A DNA stretch of 64,000 nucleotides. Origin: Lama guanicoe (lineage: Eukaryota). The stretch lies in NCBI GenBank assembly GCA_013239625.1, contig MU054098.1, forward strand, positions 1,923,104 through 1,987,103. Direction: 5' to 3'. Position numbers and translations under genes: made by a program. Under the pieces are notes generated by a model that was not told the DNA's origin, did no database searches, and saw nothing but the letters and a program-made list of their open reading frames with translations. Positions 29,709 to 44,248 of the stretch are shown here, in pieces (positions within the stretch are counted from its first letter, which is position 1; every line of letters starts with the position of its first letter).

Positions 29709-30561
29709 GTGTAGAGGTAAAAGAATAATCTACCATAGGTTGGACCTTTGGTGTACGGCAGGAGGTGGGGATGAAATTGGAAGGGAATGTGGGTCTAAAA
29801 GTTCAAGACAGAAAGTAAGGATGATTTAAGGAGCCGCATTAGCAGAACATAGAATTAGGAAAGCAAGGAATGGGGGACTCTGAGAGGTTTTTGAAAATTG
29901 GCATTTTGGTAAGAAAACTTGAATGGACGAAATGAGTTCTTCCATTCACTGAATATCCAGAGGGAATTTGGTTAAATGATGGATTTACCGGCTTCTTCTA
30001 GGAGCCTATAGGTACCTGTCTCTAGACTCAAGCCACTACCTTGGCTTTACAAACTTTTCAAGTGAACTTTCACTTCCTTGAACCCTGAAGCTGTAGAAAA
30101 ATAAATCATCTAGGGTCTTATGGAGAGTACACACATTATACGTGTGATAAACATACAGATACACAAACTAAGGCAGGACTTTTATTTTGTTTTTACCTCC
30201 AAGAATATGCCTGTACAGAATTCTAGGATCCCATTTTGTCCAGTCCTCTTAGTTACCATTCAGTATTGAAGGTGAAAAAGGGAACCTTAGATTTAAACCT
30301 TAGATTTGTGAATTGAAAGACTATTAAAGATCATCTGAGATCATCCATCTACCCTAGTGTTGCTGTTTTATTTTTTTTAACTTCTTAAAATCTAGTGAGC
30401 AGGGTCTTCCCAAAGGCAATTAGAGCTGAAATACCAGGGGGTCCTCAGGAACCTTAAGTTATTTATCTATGCTGAAGCATCAATTGTGAAAAGGTGATGG
30501 AGTGATGTAAGATGGGAAGCCCATTTTTTTAGGGCAAACAGACAAAACACAAGAACACATA

Positions 30562-30770
30562 CAGTTGCCCCTTGAAAAACATGGGTTTAAACTGTGTGGA
30601 TCAACTTACATGTGGATTTTTTTTCAGTAGTAAATACTATAGGACTATATGATCTGCCATCAAATGAATCTGTGGATATGGAACTGTGGATACGGAGGGA
30701 CCACATACACAGGGGGCTGACTATAAAGTTATCAGCGGATTTTCAACCACAGGGAGGGCTGGCACTCTTT
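30562..30770 (+). mobile_element. MER8/Tigger2-type MITE fragment
   Basis: TA|cagttgccccttgaaaaacatgggtttaaactgtgtggatcaacttac...aatctgtggatatggaactgtggatacggaggg. Confidence 0.75.
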
Positions 30771-30910
30771 TTTGGAACTTAAGTTTTATTTAGAACCCTC
30801 ATTAAAAAACACACAAAACAGGAGCCATTTGATACAACTCACCCATGGTCTTGGCTTAGGAAGCGCTCCACACAACACTCAGACTCTGGAACACAGTTTG
30901 AAAATCACTC

Positions 30911-31100
30911 CAGGGGCTGGCACCTTATGTGAAGTACCAGATAGTAAATATTTCCAGTTTTGTGGACTATACAGCAGCTTTTGCAACTGCAACTGCTCAA
31001 CTCTGTCACTGTAGCAGGAAGGCAGCCCCAGACCATATGTACACGAATGGCTGTGGCTGGATTTGGCCTGCTGCTGACCATTTGGGTTTGCTGACTCCCC
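30911..31100 (+). mobile_element. MER58A-like hAT MITE
   Basis: caggggctggca...ccagatagtaaatattt...ctcaactctgtcactgtagc...aatggctgtggctggatttggcc...gtttgctgac. Confidence 0.75.
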
Positions 31101-31689
31101 AGCATCCCCTCATTTTTTTTTTTTTGTTTACAAATGGAAACTCTGAGGCTGAGAACAGGGAAGCAAATTACCATTAAGAACAGAGCTAGGACTAGAACCC
31201 AAGTCTCCTGATTGCCATCTTGTTCCTTTACCTTTCAATTTGCTATCAAATAGAAATTTCTGATGTGTATGTGTGTGTGTGTGGCAGGGAATGAGCTCTG
31301 CCTAAGGGTCTTTAGTTAAATAGTACCTTTGACCATAGGTAAAATATTTCTTATAAAGTAGAGGTGCCCTCTAAATCGTGTCATTTAGAGAGAATATGGT
31401 GTCTTTGCTGCTACTCAGAACTCGCTTCTAATTGTATCTCCAGTGAATGGCTTTGCTCTATAAAGATATCTGAAGCTCTACTTCATGAAGTGTTTGAGGC
31501 CTAGTGTTATATGTCTTCCTGGGGGAAAATGACTGTGTTTTTAATGGCTTAATTGATGTGATAATTAGAGTTATCAAGATAATGAGAACCATGTCAAGGC
31601 TGTCTGGGGTGAATGTTCAAAGTTGAGGGGACTAGAGCATGTGTGACTTAGCATTAACTTTGTCTTTAAAAAAGAAAAGCAACTCTGAG

Positions 31690-31915
31690 TACTTTTTGCA
31701 CCAGATACTCTACTAAGCACTTCATATGGTTACCTCATTTGATCCTTCTACAGGTATATCACATTATCATCATCTCCATGTTATTGATGAACTAGTAAAT
31801 GGAATTCAGGGAGATTAAGTAGCTTGCCTAAGGTTGCATACCTAGTGAGTGAGAGAACGAAGATTCGGCCTTGGATGATCAGAGGCCAGAGCTCATGACC
31901 TTAACCATTTTACTG
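31690..31915 (-). mobile_element. MIR SINE
   Basis: ctactaagcacttca...cctcatttgatcct...gagattaagtagcttgcctaaggttgcatacctagtgagt...ccttaaccatt. Confidence 0.65.
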
Positions 31916-34615
31916 TATGGCCTCTCTCTTTACCTAGAAGGAACCACTGACATTTTTGATGACATTGGAGGGTGAAGTTAGGGACCCAGGATGTCCTAAT
32001 TACTGACCTAACATTTGAGGAGCTTAGCATAGGAATTAAGTTTATAGAAGAGAGGTAGAAAAGAAAAAGGGATTTACTCTGATGAAGGTAAAAGTAAAGC
32101 ATATCCAGGATAGTAGGGGAGTTAATAAAGCATATAGACCTTTCTTGTATAGATGAGATCTAGAAAACATAGAATATATTGCTTAGGAGATAGCTGACTT
32201 TGTTGATTGCATCTGTACTGTCTTGCACTGCTAGCATCCAACAGTTGTCCTTTTGCATCCTAAATTATCTAGGGCTTAAGCATTTACTAGGTGATCCTGG
32301 TGTTCATGGGTGAGCTGCAATCTTTCTTCTTTTAAAGGAAGCGGAAAAATTTTGCCAGCTATCACGGTACTGGTACCTTGTGGAAAATCATCCCAGTGGC
32401 AAAGCAGAATAGGATTTTTCTTGGCCTGCTTTGTGAAAGTTGTCTGACCTGCATGCACAGCTTCAGCCAACTCAGAAAACTCTCTGGGCCTTTATTGTTT
32501 TTCCCTTCCAGAGGGTTGTCACAGTGACTTCTACTGCTGGGGGTGCTTTTGCTAAGACATTGAGGGTTCCTTTTTCAGGAAAGGCAGGACATGGAGAAAT
32601 ATACCTGGCCCTGGACTTCTTATTTTTCAGTTCTCTGAGCTTAAATTGCAGTACTTTACCATCAAGTCAAGAACTGCATGCTATCTAACTTTAATTGCCT
32701 TTAAGTAGAACTGCTGTAAGCTTCAGTAATTATAGTTAACATTCTCTGCATTAACATTGCACTGTTCCCCTAGGGTTTTCAGAGCAATTCACAAATAAAT
32801 GCATTCAACTTTAAATAGCTCATAAGGATTATAGAACCCAGAAGGTGAAGGATAGAGGATATTTCCTGCTCCCCAATTATCTAAAGCTTAGCAAGTAGGA
32901 AGGCAGAGGCATCCATGGCCTACAGGTCTTGATTGCCTTAGTGCTATTACAAATAACCATGCATCCCAAGAAAGAAGGGTTTAAGCTGATTGACAGAAAG
33001 AGAATGACAATTTTCCTTGTTTTATTTCCTAGGAAAAAGTAAAATGGATAAAAGCCTTTGGACTTATAACTCTCCTCAGCTGCTTTACGAGGCTAGATTG
33101 AACTAGGCCTTGGAATGAAAGGAAATATCAAAAAATATAGAACACATTTTTAAAGTTTTCCCAGTCACTTAGGCAAAGCATAATACAGATCTGGTGGGAA
33201 ATTGTAAGCTTTCCTCCACCTGGAGAACATTCAGCAATTCTAATTCGGGGAGAGTTACAAGACAAGGAGAATCTCCCCATCAGCACGTGCCATTGCAGTC
33301 TGGCCGGATATTCTAGATGGCGGTGATTTGGACACATTACTATGAAGGAGTTGCCTGGTTTCTGCAATGAGGAAGTCAGGTTGGTCCTGCTGGCTTGGTC
33401 CCAGCTAAGTGGATGTGGGCAAAGCTGGTAAGGTGGGTAACCTCTTATATTGTAACTGTCTACCTAGGTATCTCAAGGACTAGGGAATTTGTTGATAAGT
33501 TAGAGTTCTTGAATTTCCTTTTGACCACATTATCAATAATATTTTCATATTTAAATCTTAATAGTGAAGGTATCCCTAACCTCAGCTTCCATGAGAATGA
33601 TAATGACAGATGTGACCAGCTTGGAAGAATTTCTGCTTTAGAAAGAGTCCATGGATTGATTTTATTAGCAAAAGAGTTACCCCATAAGTATTATGGGAAG
33701 CATCATCTGCTCATTTACTAACAAGTTGGAAAGGCTGCACCTTCCCCTATCTTCTTAAATGTTGAGGACAGTATGGATGCCTTCTTTAAAAAGCTCTGAA
33801 ATCCTCCTTATTCCTTAATTCCAATGGAGTCAGGGATTTACCATCATGGGTTTGCCTTGTAACTTACAAGAGTACAAACAACTCAGATTTTTAGTCCCAA
33901 CCTGTTTCTACCTTTGCTTTTGGTTTTGGTTCATAGGCGGCAAAGAGGAAGAATCATATTTGACTCATTTCGTCTTAGTTTTGATTCATTAGTTTGCATC
34001 TTTAGATCTCTTTCAAGGTCCCAGAATGAAAGCTGAGAGATTACAGTCCAATGTTATCAACTCAGGCCCATGAGTGATACAGAAGTTACAAATAACCTGT
34101 GTTCCTTTAATAAAGAACTAGTGGGGCAGTGCTGATCAATGAAGTGACTAAAGACTTTTGAACCATTGCATGGCAGCTTCAATTTGTGGAGTAGAAATGT
34201 TCCAGCAGGGCAGTGATGACTACACTGAGTCATTACCAGGACCGTAGAGTTCAAAAAGACAATTTCGACCTCCTGTGCCTCCAGCAGTTGACCACCCTTT
34301 TTCTCTCTCTTGGAGAGGAGACAGCTATATAAAGGGGGGTAGGCTTCCTTTCTATTCCAGATTAAACTCTTTTCCCTGGAGAGTCCACCCTTCTGTTTGT
34401 TAGCATTCTTCTACTATAATGACCAAAATAAAATATACCTTCCCCCAGAATATTCCAGTTTAGAGTGAAGAAGAACAGAGGTGAGGACATCCATAAATGG
34501 GAGTCCCAAAGTTTGCCATCTAAGACAGAATCTATGATAGAAAAAGACTTGGGAGAACACAGAGCTGAGGAAGGAAAGAGAGATGAAAAAGGAGCTCCTA
34601 ATTCCTATCCCTTGA

Positions 34616-34966
<351 letters not shown>

Positions 34967-35677
34967 TAAAGAAAGTGAGATTGCCCCCGACCTCCGCCCC
35001 CACTGCCAATTGCTTGTTTTTCAGATAGTGTCTGCCCTGAAGACCAGGCACACACTCTGGCTCATCTTTTGGTGTTTTGCCCCACCTGCCGTTACTCCAG
35101 AGGGCCTCCCAATTGTAAAGACGAAGTCTGCTTCCTTAGCTTCCTATCATAGCACAATCCTTAATGCCAATTATCTTGGACTTTTTATTTTCATATGAAC
35201 CCCAGAAACAGTAGGCACTCTAAGAAGTGAAGATGCTATACAGAGAGACTCCTGGACATTTTAGAATTGAAAATGGCCTTTAGAATCATTTGGCCGTATG
35301 CCTCCTCACTTTTTGATGAGAGAAAATCAAGACCCAGGAAGTACTGCATGACTCACTTAACGTCACACAGCAAGTTTAGGGGTAAGGTAGAGGCCAAATC
35401 CTAGATTTTTAATTTCTGTTTTTATTGTGTACCATGCTGGCAGGTAGGAATAGTGCTTTTTAAACCATTGATCCACTTTCTGAGCAGCGTGACAATTTGC
35501 TGTGGCAAGGGGAGTCTCCTACTCAGGCTCAAGATAGAAAGTCCTATGGCCTTAGGAGGAAATCTGAATTCCTCTTGCTTCTGAATCGGAATCCAAACAG
35601 AAGTGGCTTGGGCAGTAATCTTTTCCAAGAAAAAGGGGTCTTCAGATGGGACTTGGCTACCGTGGTTCTCTCACTAA

Positions 35678-35923
<246 letters not shown>

Positions 35924-37916
35924 TGAAGGGCATGGATGGCAGGGGGAACAGAAAACTGACTGATTCAGAGTTTTTCCAGTGTTTTTCCCCATAATATTCT
36001 GTTTCTTTTTTCTCAGTTTCTGCTTAAGTGTGTGTGTGTGTATGTGTTTCATCTGGTTATACAGAGACTGAACGACTAAGAGGGCAGAGGGTCAGGGATT
36101 TGAAAATTAAAGTTACTTATGAACTTACTGGAATCCTAGCTCAGCTTTCCTTGGGAGCGAGAACAATTACAGAGAGATCAACCCAACGTGTGCACACCTT
36201 CTTCCCCAGGGCCACAGATTCTTTCAGGCACATACGTAGATTTCGTTGTTTAGGCCCAGCACTAGAGTGAAAGCTTCCCTCAGAAAAATGCCACTCAGAA
36301 ACTAAATGTCACTCAGGAGTGGCTACTGCCATTTGATAGCTCTGGCTCAGCCAAGGTATGCCGAAGGCTGTACTGAACATGAATCCATCCCTGCCCTTTG
36401 AGAAGGTCTATATTTGAAGCCCACATTCTCTGTGTCCATGAATTCATCACATGTAAGCAGTCACATTCCATTTGGTAAGAGAGAGAAAGTGGCAGGAGGC
36501 TTTTTGATTTTTTTTGCCTTTTACATGTTCCCCTTTTCACGTTATAAACATTTATTATTGGTCTCTGGAGGACACAGTGCTCTTATCCAGTTTGTCTTCC
36601 TGCTGTTCATAATCAAAGTTGGGAAAGAAAGAAAGAGCAAACACTAAATTCAAGTCAGGAGATGACGTGGATTGTTGGAGATACAGACAGCCATGGTCTG
36701 GAGTTAGGGAGCTAAGGCGCACTACAGCATATTGCGCCCAGACAGGTCTCTATTCAGAAAGTTTTTAAAAACCATCATGTTATTTGTTAACATTCTCCTA
36801 AATGCAGTGAGCCGGTCGAGTCTGGGAGCACTTGCCAAACTTTGGGCTGGGTATGAGTGTGAAGGGGGCGGTGGATACATTTATTTTTGGGTCCTTCTCA
36901 TGCCAAATCAGAGGGAGATCAGTGCTTAAGAGCTGGACTGGTGGTTTGTAAACCTCCCAATTCTCCAGGAAGACCTCTTACATTTCTCCAACAGGCTCTG
37001 TCTGTCTCCAGATATCCCCTATAAACCTTAAACAGGTTGAAAATGCCTGTGCCGTGATTTTGAGGTCCTCATGGGCTTAAGCTTCCTTATCTTTGTTTTC
37101 TGAGAACAGTGTAGTAAGAGAGTACACAGAAACCCCAGCTGTGCTAGAAGATGGTCGAGAAGGCATCTTGTAGGCAGATTAGAAGCAGAATGAAGTGTAA
37201 TTTTAGCTGCTGGTTCCCAAGAAAACCTGTGCCCAGTGTTTGTTTAGCATTTATTCAGGAAACCCTAACACTGAAAGGGAGCTACAGGGCAATTTTGTCA
37301 TCTTTGGGCAGAAACTTAGAATGATCTTGCTCATGAAGGTGTGCGGTGTGAGAAAATATTGGAAAGCCAGGGTTCTTGGTGCTGAGAGGTTCGCTGCTGA
37401 AACTGACTTCAGAAGAGACTCCAGGTCAAAATGCAGGAAAACTAGGAGGTTGTCACTGGGGACCTTGTGTAAAGAAACTACCCCCTTTCTTCCTCCCTGG
37501 AAAGTTTTGAATGTTGGGAGAACTTCCTTTCAGATGGATTTCTTTCCAGAAGCTGTTGCCTCCCATAAAAAATTTTTAATTTAAATTGACTTCCTTCAAA
37601 TCACCAGGTAGAAAGTTTCCATGGAATCACTGTTTTCAGTAACATGTGCATGCTTATCATTTAATAGATAAAAAAGCAGCCAGTTCCCACCTAGTAGGAA
37701 CACTTTGTAATAGTTCCCCAGACAAACATTCTGTATCTGGACTGTGTACCTTTTGCATGCCTATTAATACAACCCACAGGAGAGATGGAGAGATTGTATT
37801 CAAATTCCTGTAAAATGAGAGAATTGGATGAGGTGATTCCTCCAGACCCTTCTTTTTCTAAGCTTATGCTATTTTTCCAAAGATAGTGCCTCGTATATTC
37901 TGCCACAGAGATCAGT

Positions 37917-37931
37917 TTCCTTCCTTCCTTC

Positions 37932-37962
<31 letters not shown>

Positions 37963-37963
37963 T
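37917..37963. repeat. (TTCC)n(TTTC)n microsatellite
   Basis: Direct reading. Confidence 0.9.
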
Positions 37964-38473
37964 GATTTCAAATTTGGAAAGTAATATTCAGAAAACATCA
38001 TTGCAGAAACTGTGGGTTCTTCTACCTTCCCTTCCAACATCTCTTGCCATTTCTTTTCTGTCCAATGGTTTCACTTTCCCTCCTCCCAACCCTAAATGTA
38101 TTGACTAAGGTTCTGCTCTTTGCCTCTTTCTGTAGTAAAAGCTTTACATCTTATTTTCTTCCAAAGTAATTTTCAAGTGCCTAGAATATTGGCTACAGAT
38201 GGAAAGTGCTCAACATGTTTGAGTAATGAAGGAAGGAAAGAAGGAAGAAAAAGGGAGGAAGGTGAAAGAAAAAAGTAAAAGAAGGAAGGAAATGATTTCT
38301 AACTCTGTAACTTGAATCTCTAAATCTAGTGCCACATTTTAATGTCCTGCTTGGTTTCTGTGTATTCTGCTGGTATCCCAAACTGAATATATTCCTATTG
38401 GAACAGCTCGTAGGTAAATAACAGGTTGCACAATTAGGAAATGTTGCTTGGGTGGTATCAATGGTAGCTATAG

Positions 38474-38905
38474 ATTTTTTTCAATTGAAGTATTATTCAC
38501 ATATTAAAAAACCACCTATTTAATGGTTTGATGAATCTCGGTAATTGTATACAATAACATAGCCACCACCAGAATGAAGAGAGAGGACACATTCTACAGT
38601 GTCCTTATGCCCCTTTAACTCAAATCCTTCCTCCTATGTCTGACCAAGGCAATATCTGCTTTTTTGTCATTATAATTTGGTCTTTTCTAAAATGTTATAT
38701 AAAAAGAGTCATATCATATGTACTCTTTTTGTTTGATTTCTTTCACTTAGCATAGTTATTTTGAGCTTCCTCTAAGTTAATGAGTGCATCAATAGTTTAC
38801 TCCTTTCTCTTGCTGAGTAGTGTTCCATAGCATGGATGTACCACAGTTTATCCATCCACTTGATGGATTTATGGATTTCCGGTGTTTGGCCATTATGAAT
38901 AATAA
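38474..38905 (-). mobile_element. Old L1 3' fragment (L1MB/L1ME-like)
   Basis: ttttttcaattgaagta...ctttcacttagcata...ttgctgagtagtgttccatagcatggatgtaccacagtttatccatccact...tttggccattatgaataa. Confidence 0.75.
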
Positions 38906-39054
38906 AATACATATTTTAATATAAGAATAGGCAGCTCTCTTTCCCCAGGTGAGATGACATGTTAAGTTGCGTATTTATACCCTTTCCAGAACTTTGATTC
39001 TACAAAGCAACTTTTTTCAAGGGGAAAGCTCTCGATGCAAGAAATCCCACGTAG

Positions 39055-39272
39055 TGTTTACTGTATAAAGTACTTTTCCGAGCACTTTACAATTATTGCT
39101 TATCTTCACAATAATTCTTTGAGATAAGTACACTAGTATCCATTCTACAGATGAGGAAACAGGCACAGACAGGTTAAGCAATTCCCCCAAGATCACACAG
39201 CTTCTGAGAGGCAGAAGAACCAGGACTTAAATCTACACTTTTGACACCTTAACCACTGCACTCTGCTGCCTC
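39055..39272 (-). mobile_element. MIR-family SINE
   Basis: agcactttacaa...tatccattctacagatgaggaaacaggcacagacaggttaagcaattcccccaagatcacacagct. Confidence 0.75.
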
Positions 39273-41329
39273 CTTAAAAGGGTGATTTCAGAGATGGTGA
39301 AATAGGGATTATTACCTGTTTGAGAGTTACTATTTGAGGCTTATTATTTAGTTGCTAAGAAATATTATAAATAATGACCATAACGTGGCCTATATTATAG
39401 CTTCATATTATTGTGTTCCTAGAGATTCCTCTCTAGATGCTTAATATACATGAGGGGAATTACTACCAAGTGGGAGTTCATGTCAGAAAAACCGACTTGG
39501 CAATGCAGGGTTTTTGTTTCAGCTCACAAGTGGTGATTTATTTCTGAATAGCAGAGAAAAGATAAAAAAGTAACACATCTGATCAACCATGTAATGTATT
39601 CCTTTGCATTTACTGAATCAGGTTGTTACCTTTCTCCAGATGTGCAATGTTATGCTTTTACTTGGGGCAAACTAAATCTGGAAAAGAAGGAAGTAAGAGA
39701 AAGGGAGAGCAGAGGTAGCAGCTGGTCTCACACGTTACACGTCTACCTAGTCTTTCACTGTGGAGGCCTTTCTCGGGTTCCATTCTCAGTTTTCTTCTCA
39801 TTGTACCTTCTGTCTTCATCATCTTGTCTTATACTAGAGCTTCAAATAGTAACTCTGCCATCGATGAGATTAAAGTTAGAATTTTCAACAACTTGTCGGA
39901 TATTGTCATCTGGCAATTCCTGAGACACTTTCACTTCACTTTAACTGAAATCAAAACCCTTTATACTGACTATACCTCAATAAAAATATATTTTTAGAAA
40001 CCCATTATAGGATTTTTCCAAAAAAACAATCTCCTTGGTTTCCTATCACAGAAAACAGCAGTAGGCCATCTTTTCTGGTCATTTGAACTAGAAACGACAA
40101 AGTCCTCGCTCGCTCTGCGCTCTCCCTAACACCCGCGTTTAAATGGTCTCTGTGCTCTAGCAGTTCTGCCTCCTGTAGCCTGTTCCCATTTCCCCTGTCA
40201 CTTCACCAGGCCCTGTTTTCAATATCTCTCGCTGGGATTATAACCTTTCTGACTGGTCCGCCCGATTCCAGGATATGGCTCCTCTAATCCCTCCATCACA
40301 TTTCAGAAAGAGATAATGCTATCTTCTTAAAACACAGCTCAGATCGCTTAATTCCCCTTGAAAAGCTCTAATAATCTTCAGTGCCTATTGGAATAAAGTC
40401 CAAACTCATATCTGTCATAGTTAATTATTTACTTTTTGCTTTCTCCCCTTGCAAGTTCCCTGCAGTTGGGGACTAGTCTTATCCATGTCCGTCCACCCTC
40501 CAGCCTCCCAGGAATTTCAAACACAGTGTTCCACTCATGGTCAGGTTCACGTATTAAATAAACAAACGGGTGCCACTCTCAGGAAAAGATGGTCTTGAAG
40601 TTGAAAAGGCCACTCGATGTTTTAATTAGGAGCTCATGAGTGACATTCTAGAAAGTGATGTAAATAATGTGACAGGGCTGGCTTCGGCAGACGGACGAAG
40701 GAGAGGGATGGCTGGAGGGCCAGTTGTCGGAAACCATTTACTTAAGAATTTGGGATGTAGGATATGAAATTCAGGGATATACAGTTTGGGGTGTGTAGGT
40801 CATAATTGCAAGCCCAGCATCTCATTACTGATGTGCTTAAGGATGGCCTCAGAGTGTTGGAAGTTAGCAGGTCGAGTTGCTCCTTCAAACGCTGTGCCTG
40901 CTTGCTTCTGCCTAAGCCATTGGCTTCTAGAAGGAAGACGAATGTTGAAGGCTGCCCTGGCAGTTCAGTAGGAATTCACTAAGTGCCCCACATTTTCAGG
41001 CTCCATTCCTGAGGAGTTCACAGTGTCCATATCAATTAGCTGGCAGGGCTCTGTGTCCCCAAAATGGTCTTTTATGCAATGAAAGTGGCAGTAAGCCAGC
41101 ACTGACTCCCCCAGTGACAAACCGAACGCTCAAGCCCCTGGTGTCCATAGACACCATGCACTTTTTAAAGAGGCCTGTCTCTGAAGCGTCCGCCATCACA
41201 CTGGAACTCCGCACTGCAGGAACTGCCTCCAGGATCACACCAAGAGCTGGAATCCAGTCAACTCATACTCTCTTGTATGTTATTCTCCTTCTACTTACAC
41301 TTTTCTCTCTTAATAATAGATGACTTTGT

Positions 41330-41590
41330 TGAATTTCTTTTTTTGCTGTGCCTGGCACTGTATGTTTTACTTGCACACATTTATTTTATCCCCCTCCCCA
41401 AATCCCATGAGATCTAGGTATAATTATTATCTCAATTTTGCAAATGAGGAGACTGAGGCTTAGAGCAGTTAATCAACTTCCTGAGCTCATAGGGTTTGTT
41501 CGTGGCAGAGTACTCGGGAAAGTGGAACTTGCCCCTGGTATGATCTATCAGCAGGGCCTGTGCTCTCTACACTACCCAGTGCTGCCTTCT
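41330..41590 (-). mobile_element. MIR SINE
   Basis: tgtgcctggcactgt...attattatctcaattttgcaaatgaggagactgaggcttagagcagttaa. Confidence 0.7.
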
Positions 41591-42300
41591 CTTGGGTACT
41601 TTGGGACACAGGGGCCATTCCAAGTAAGAGAACTGCACTAGACCAAGTGTAGAATTCCGAGATGGTAAAATATTTTGAATCCAGCAAATGATGAAAGCCA
41701 CTGTGGTCCTTTCCCATCTTGTTCTCCAATGATTTCATCATTCAGATAAATTGTTTCCTCCTTGCATATGAGGTGCAAGTATTTGGGGGAACAGTAGCTT
41801 TGCAGAAGCTCACCAAATCTCCCCAACTTTAATGCCAACTTTCTGCCTCTTCATTCCCCTGCCCCTTCACTGCCATATGCACTGGTCACAATCTCTAAGC
41901 TAACAGAATTTGGCCAGCTGCCAGCAGAAAAGATGCCTGGAGTTCTCCTGCAGATCTTCGTTCTCACAGGAAGTAGAAATGCAGCAGTGCCAGTTCATTG
42001 TTTTCTCAGCCTATGAGAAACCTATGTCTGGTCTTCTTTAAGATCAATATAATTACATCAGTATTCTTCCTAATCCCTTTTTCTGGTCCTCAAGTTACTC
42101 AAATAAGATCCAGTTTTCTTCATTCCCTTCTCTCCTTTCTCTAACCCTAAATGGACTAAAGAAAGAGGTACAACCTCACTTATCAGGAGGATATAGGGTT
42201 CCCATATGTCTTTGACTTGTGCTATTTAAACATTAGCCTTACCCATGGGCTAGACCCTCCCCCCTCCTCCCCTAACTTCTCTTCTCTCATTCTCTCTCTC

Positions 42301-42301
<1 letters not shown>

Positions 42302-42343
<42 letters not shown>
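42302..42343. repeat. (AC)n microsatellite preceded by a CT-rich tract
   Basis: Uninterrupted AC run of ~21 units. Confidence 0.95.
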
Positions 42344-42345
<2 letters not shown>

Positions 42346-43045
42346 TTCTTATTAATTACTCTTTGAGTCAATGGCCTGAAACACTTTCAGATGGAACATG
42401 ATGGTCCTTCATGCACTTGGGATTCTGGCAAGAGAGAACAGTCTTGTAGTTGGGGACACTCACTGATTTGGCACTAGAATGTTTCAGATGTAGCTGAGAT
42501 AGGAATCAAATGGCACTTACTCAAAGGCTCTGCTTCTCACTCAGCTTACATGCCCTACCTGGTCTTTGCAGTGGGCATGTCTGTAGTTTGTTTCTAGCAC
42601 TCAGGTGGACTTTACTGCTATTGACTCCAGCAATAGCTATTTAGTACATTCTCTGACGTCCTTCAAAGTCTAGCCTTTTTCCCCTTCATGACTGCCATGA
42701 AAATAAAGTGGGGATATATAATATCTGATATATAATATAAATAGTAATATAAAGTAGAAATATAAATATCTTCCTATTGCCTGGCCATGATTTAAAAACT
42801 TGAGGGGACTCTTTGCTGAAAACTTTTGGGGGGGGTATCTGTCTAGTTCTGAAGGCAAGCCTCTCTACCTCTCATAGAATCTATCACTGATTTTTGCAGT
42901 TATGTCCATGTCAGTAACCTCGTCTAGCTCTGAAAGCCGTACCTGCCCATTCTTGGAGATTCTTATTAGTAAGTCACTCAGAAACCAATCATTCCTTATA
43001 AGTTTGATATCAGGGTAGGGCTTTCCAGCAATACCTTTGACTTAG

Positions 43046-43234
<189 letters not shown>

Positions 43235-43933
43235 TAAAAATGTCAGTCTGACTCTGGTGGATCTGAGAAGTTGGTATGGAGACTAGATAGGTCAGTATGG
43301 AAGGGGAAGCGTCTTCATTCACAACATGGAAACCTGATAATGCAGCTTTCCCCCCACCTCCCTGCCAGCCTGATTTAAGATGCAAATGACCTTTACCTTG
43401 ATCATTCCCACTAACTGGAATTCCAAGTAATACTGCTTTCCCCATTGGCCTTATAATTGCTTTCCATTTGCCCTCTGCCAGAACTGAATTATTGATATTT
43501 ACATTCTGGGGTATTCTTTCTAGCATTGCACCTCAACTCTGTGGTCCAACAGTGTGCTCTGTAGAATATCCACTCAAACTGAGAGATGGGGCATCTGATG
43601 TCTCTTATAAAGTCATGATCATTTAGTTATCAGCCGAAGTTGTGGCCCATGCTTAGAAGTTCTCGTCTTCTCACTCAATACATCATTTTCATTGACTCAG
43701 ATTCTTCACTATATCAGCTTTCTCTCTCATATACAGCCTTTCTTTTCACCCGTACTTTTCTTTGGCTTCCTAAGATTTAAGCAACAACTCTAGGATGTTC
43801 CGCTGTGCCCATTTGGGTGCTCAGAAAGGTATTCAAAGTTGTTGCACACTATCTTTTGTCTTACAACTCAGAAATAATTAGATCACCCTTTAGTTGAAAA
43901 GATAATGGAAGCAAAAGTCCATTTAGGTAGTGA

Positions 43934-44248
<315 letters not shown>

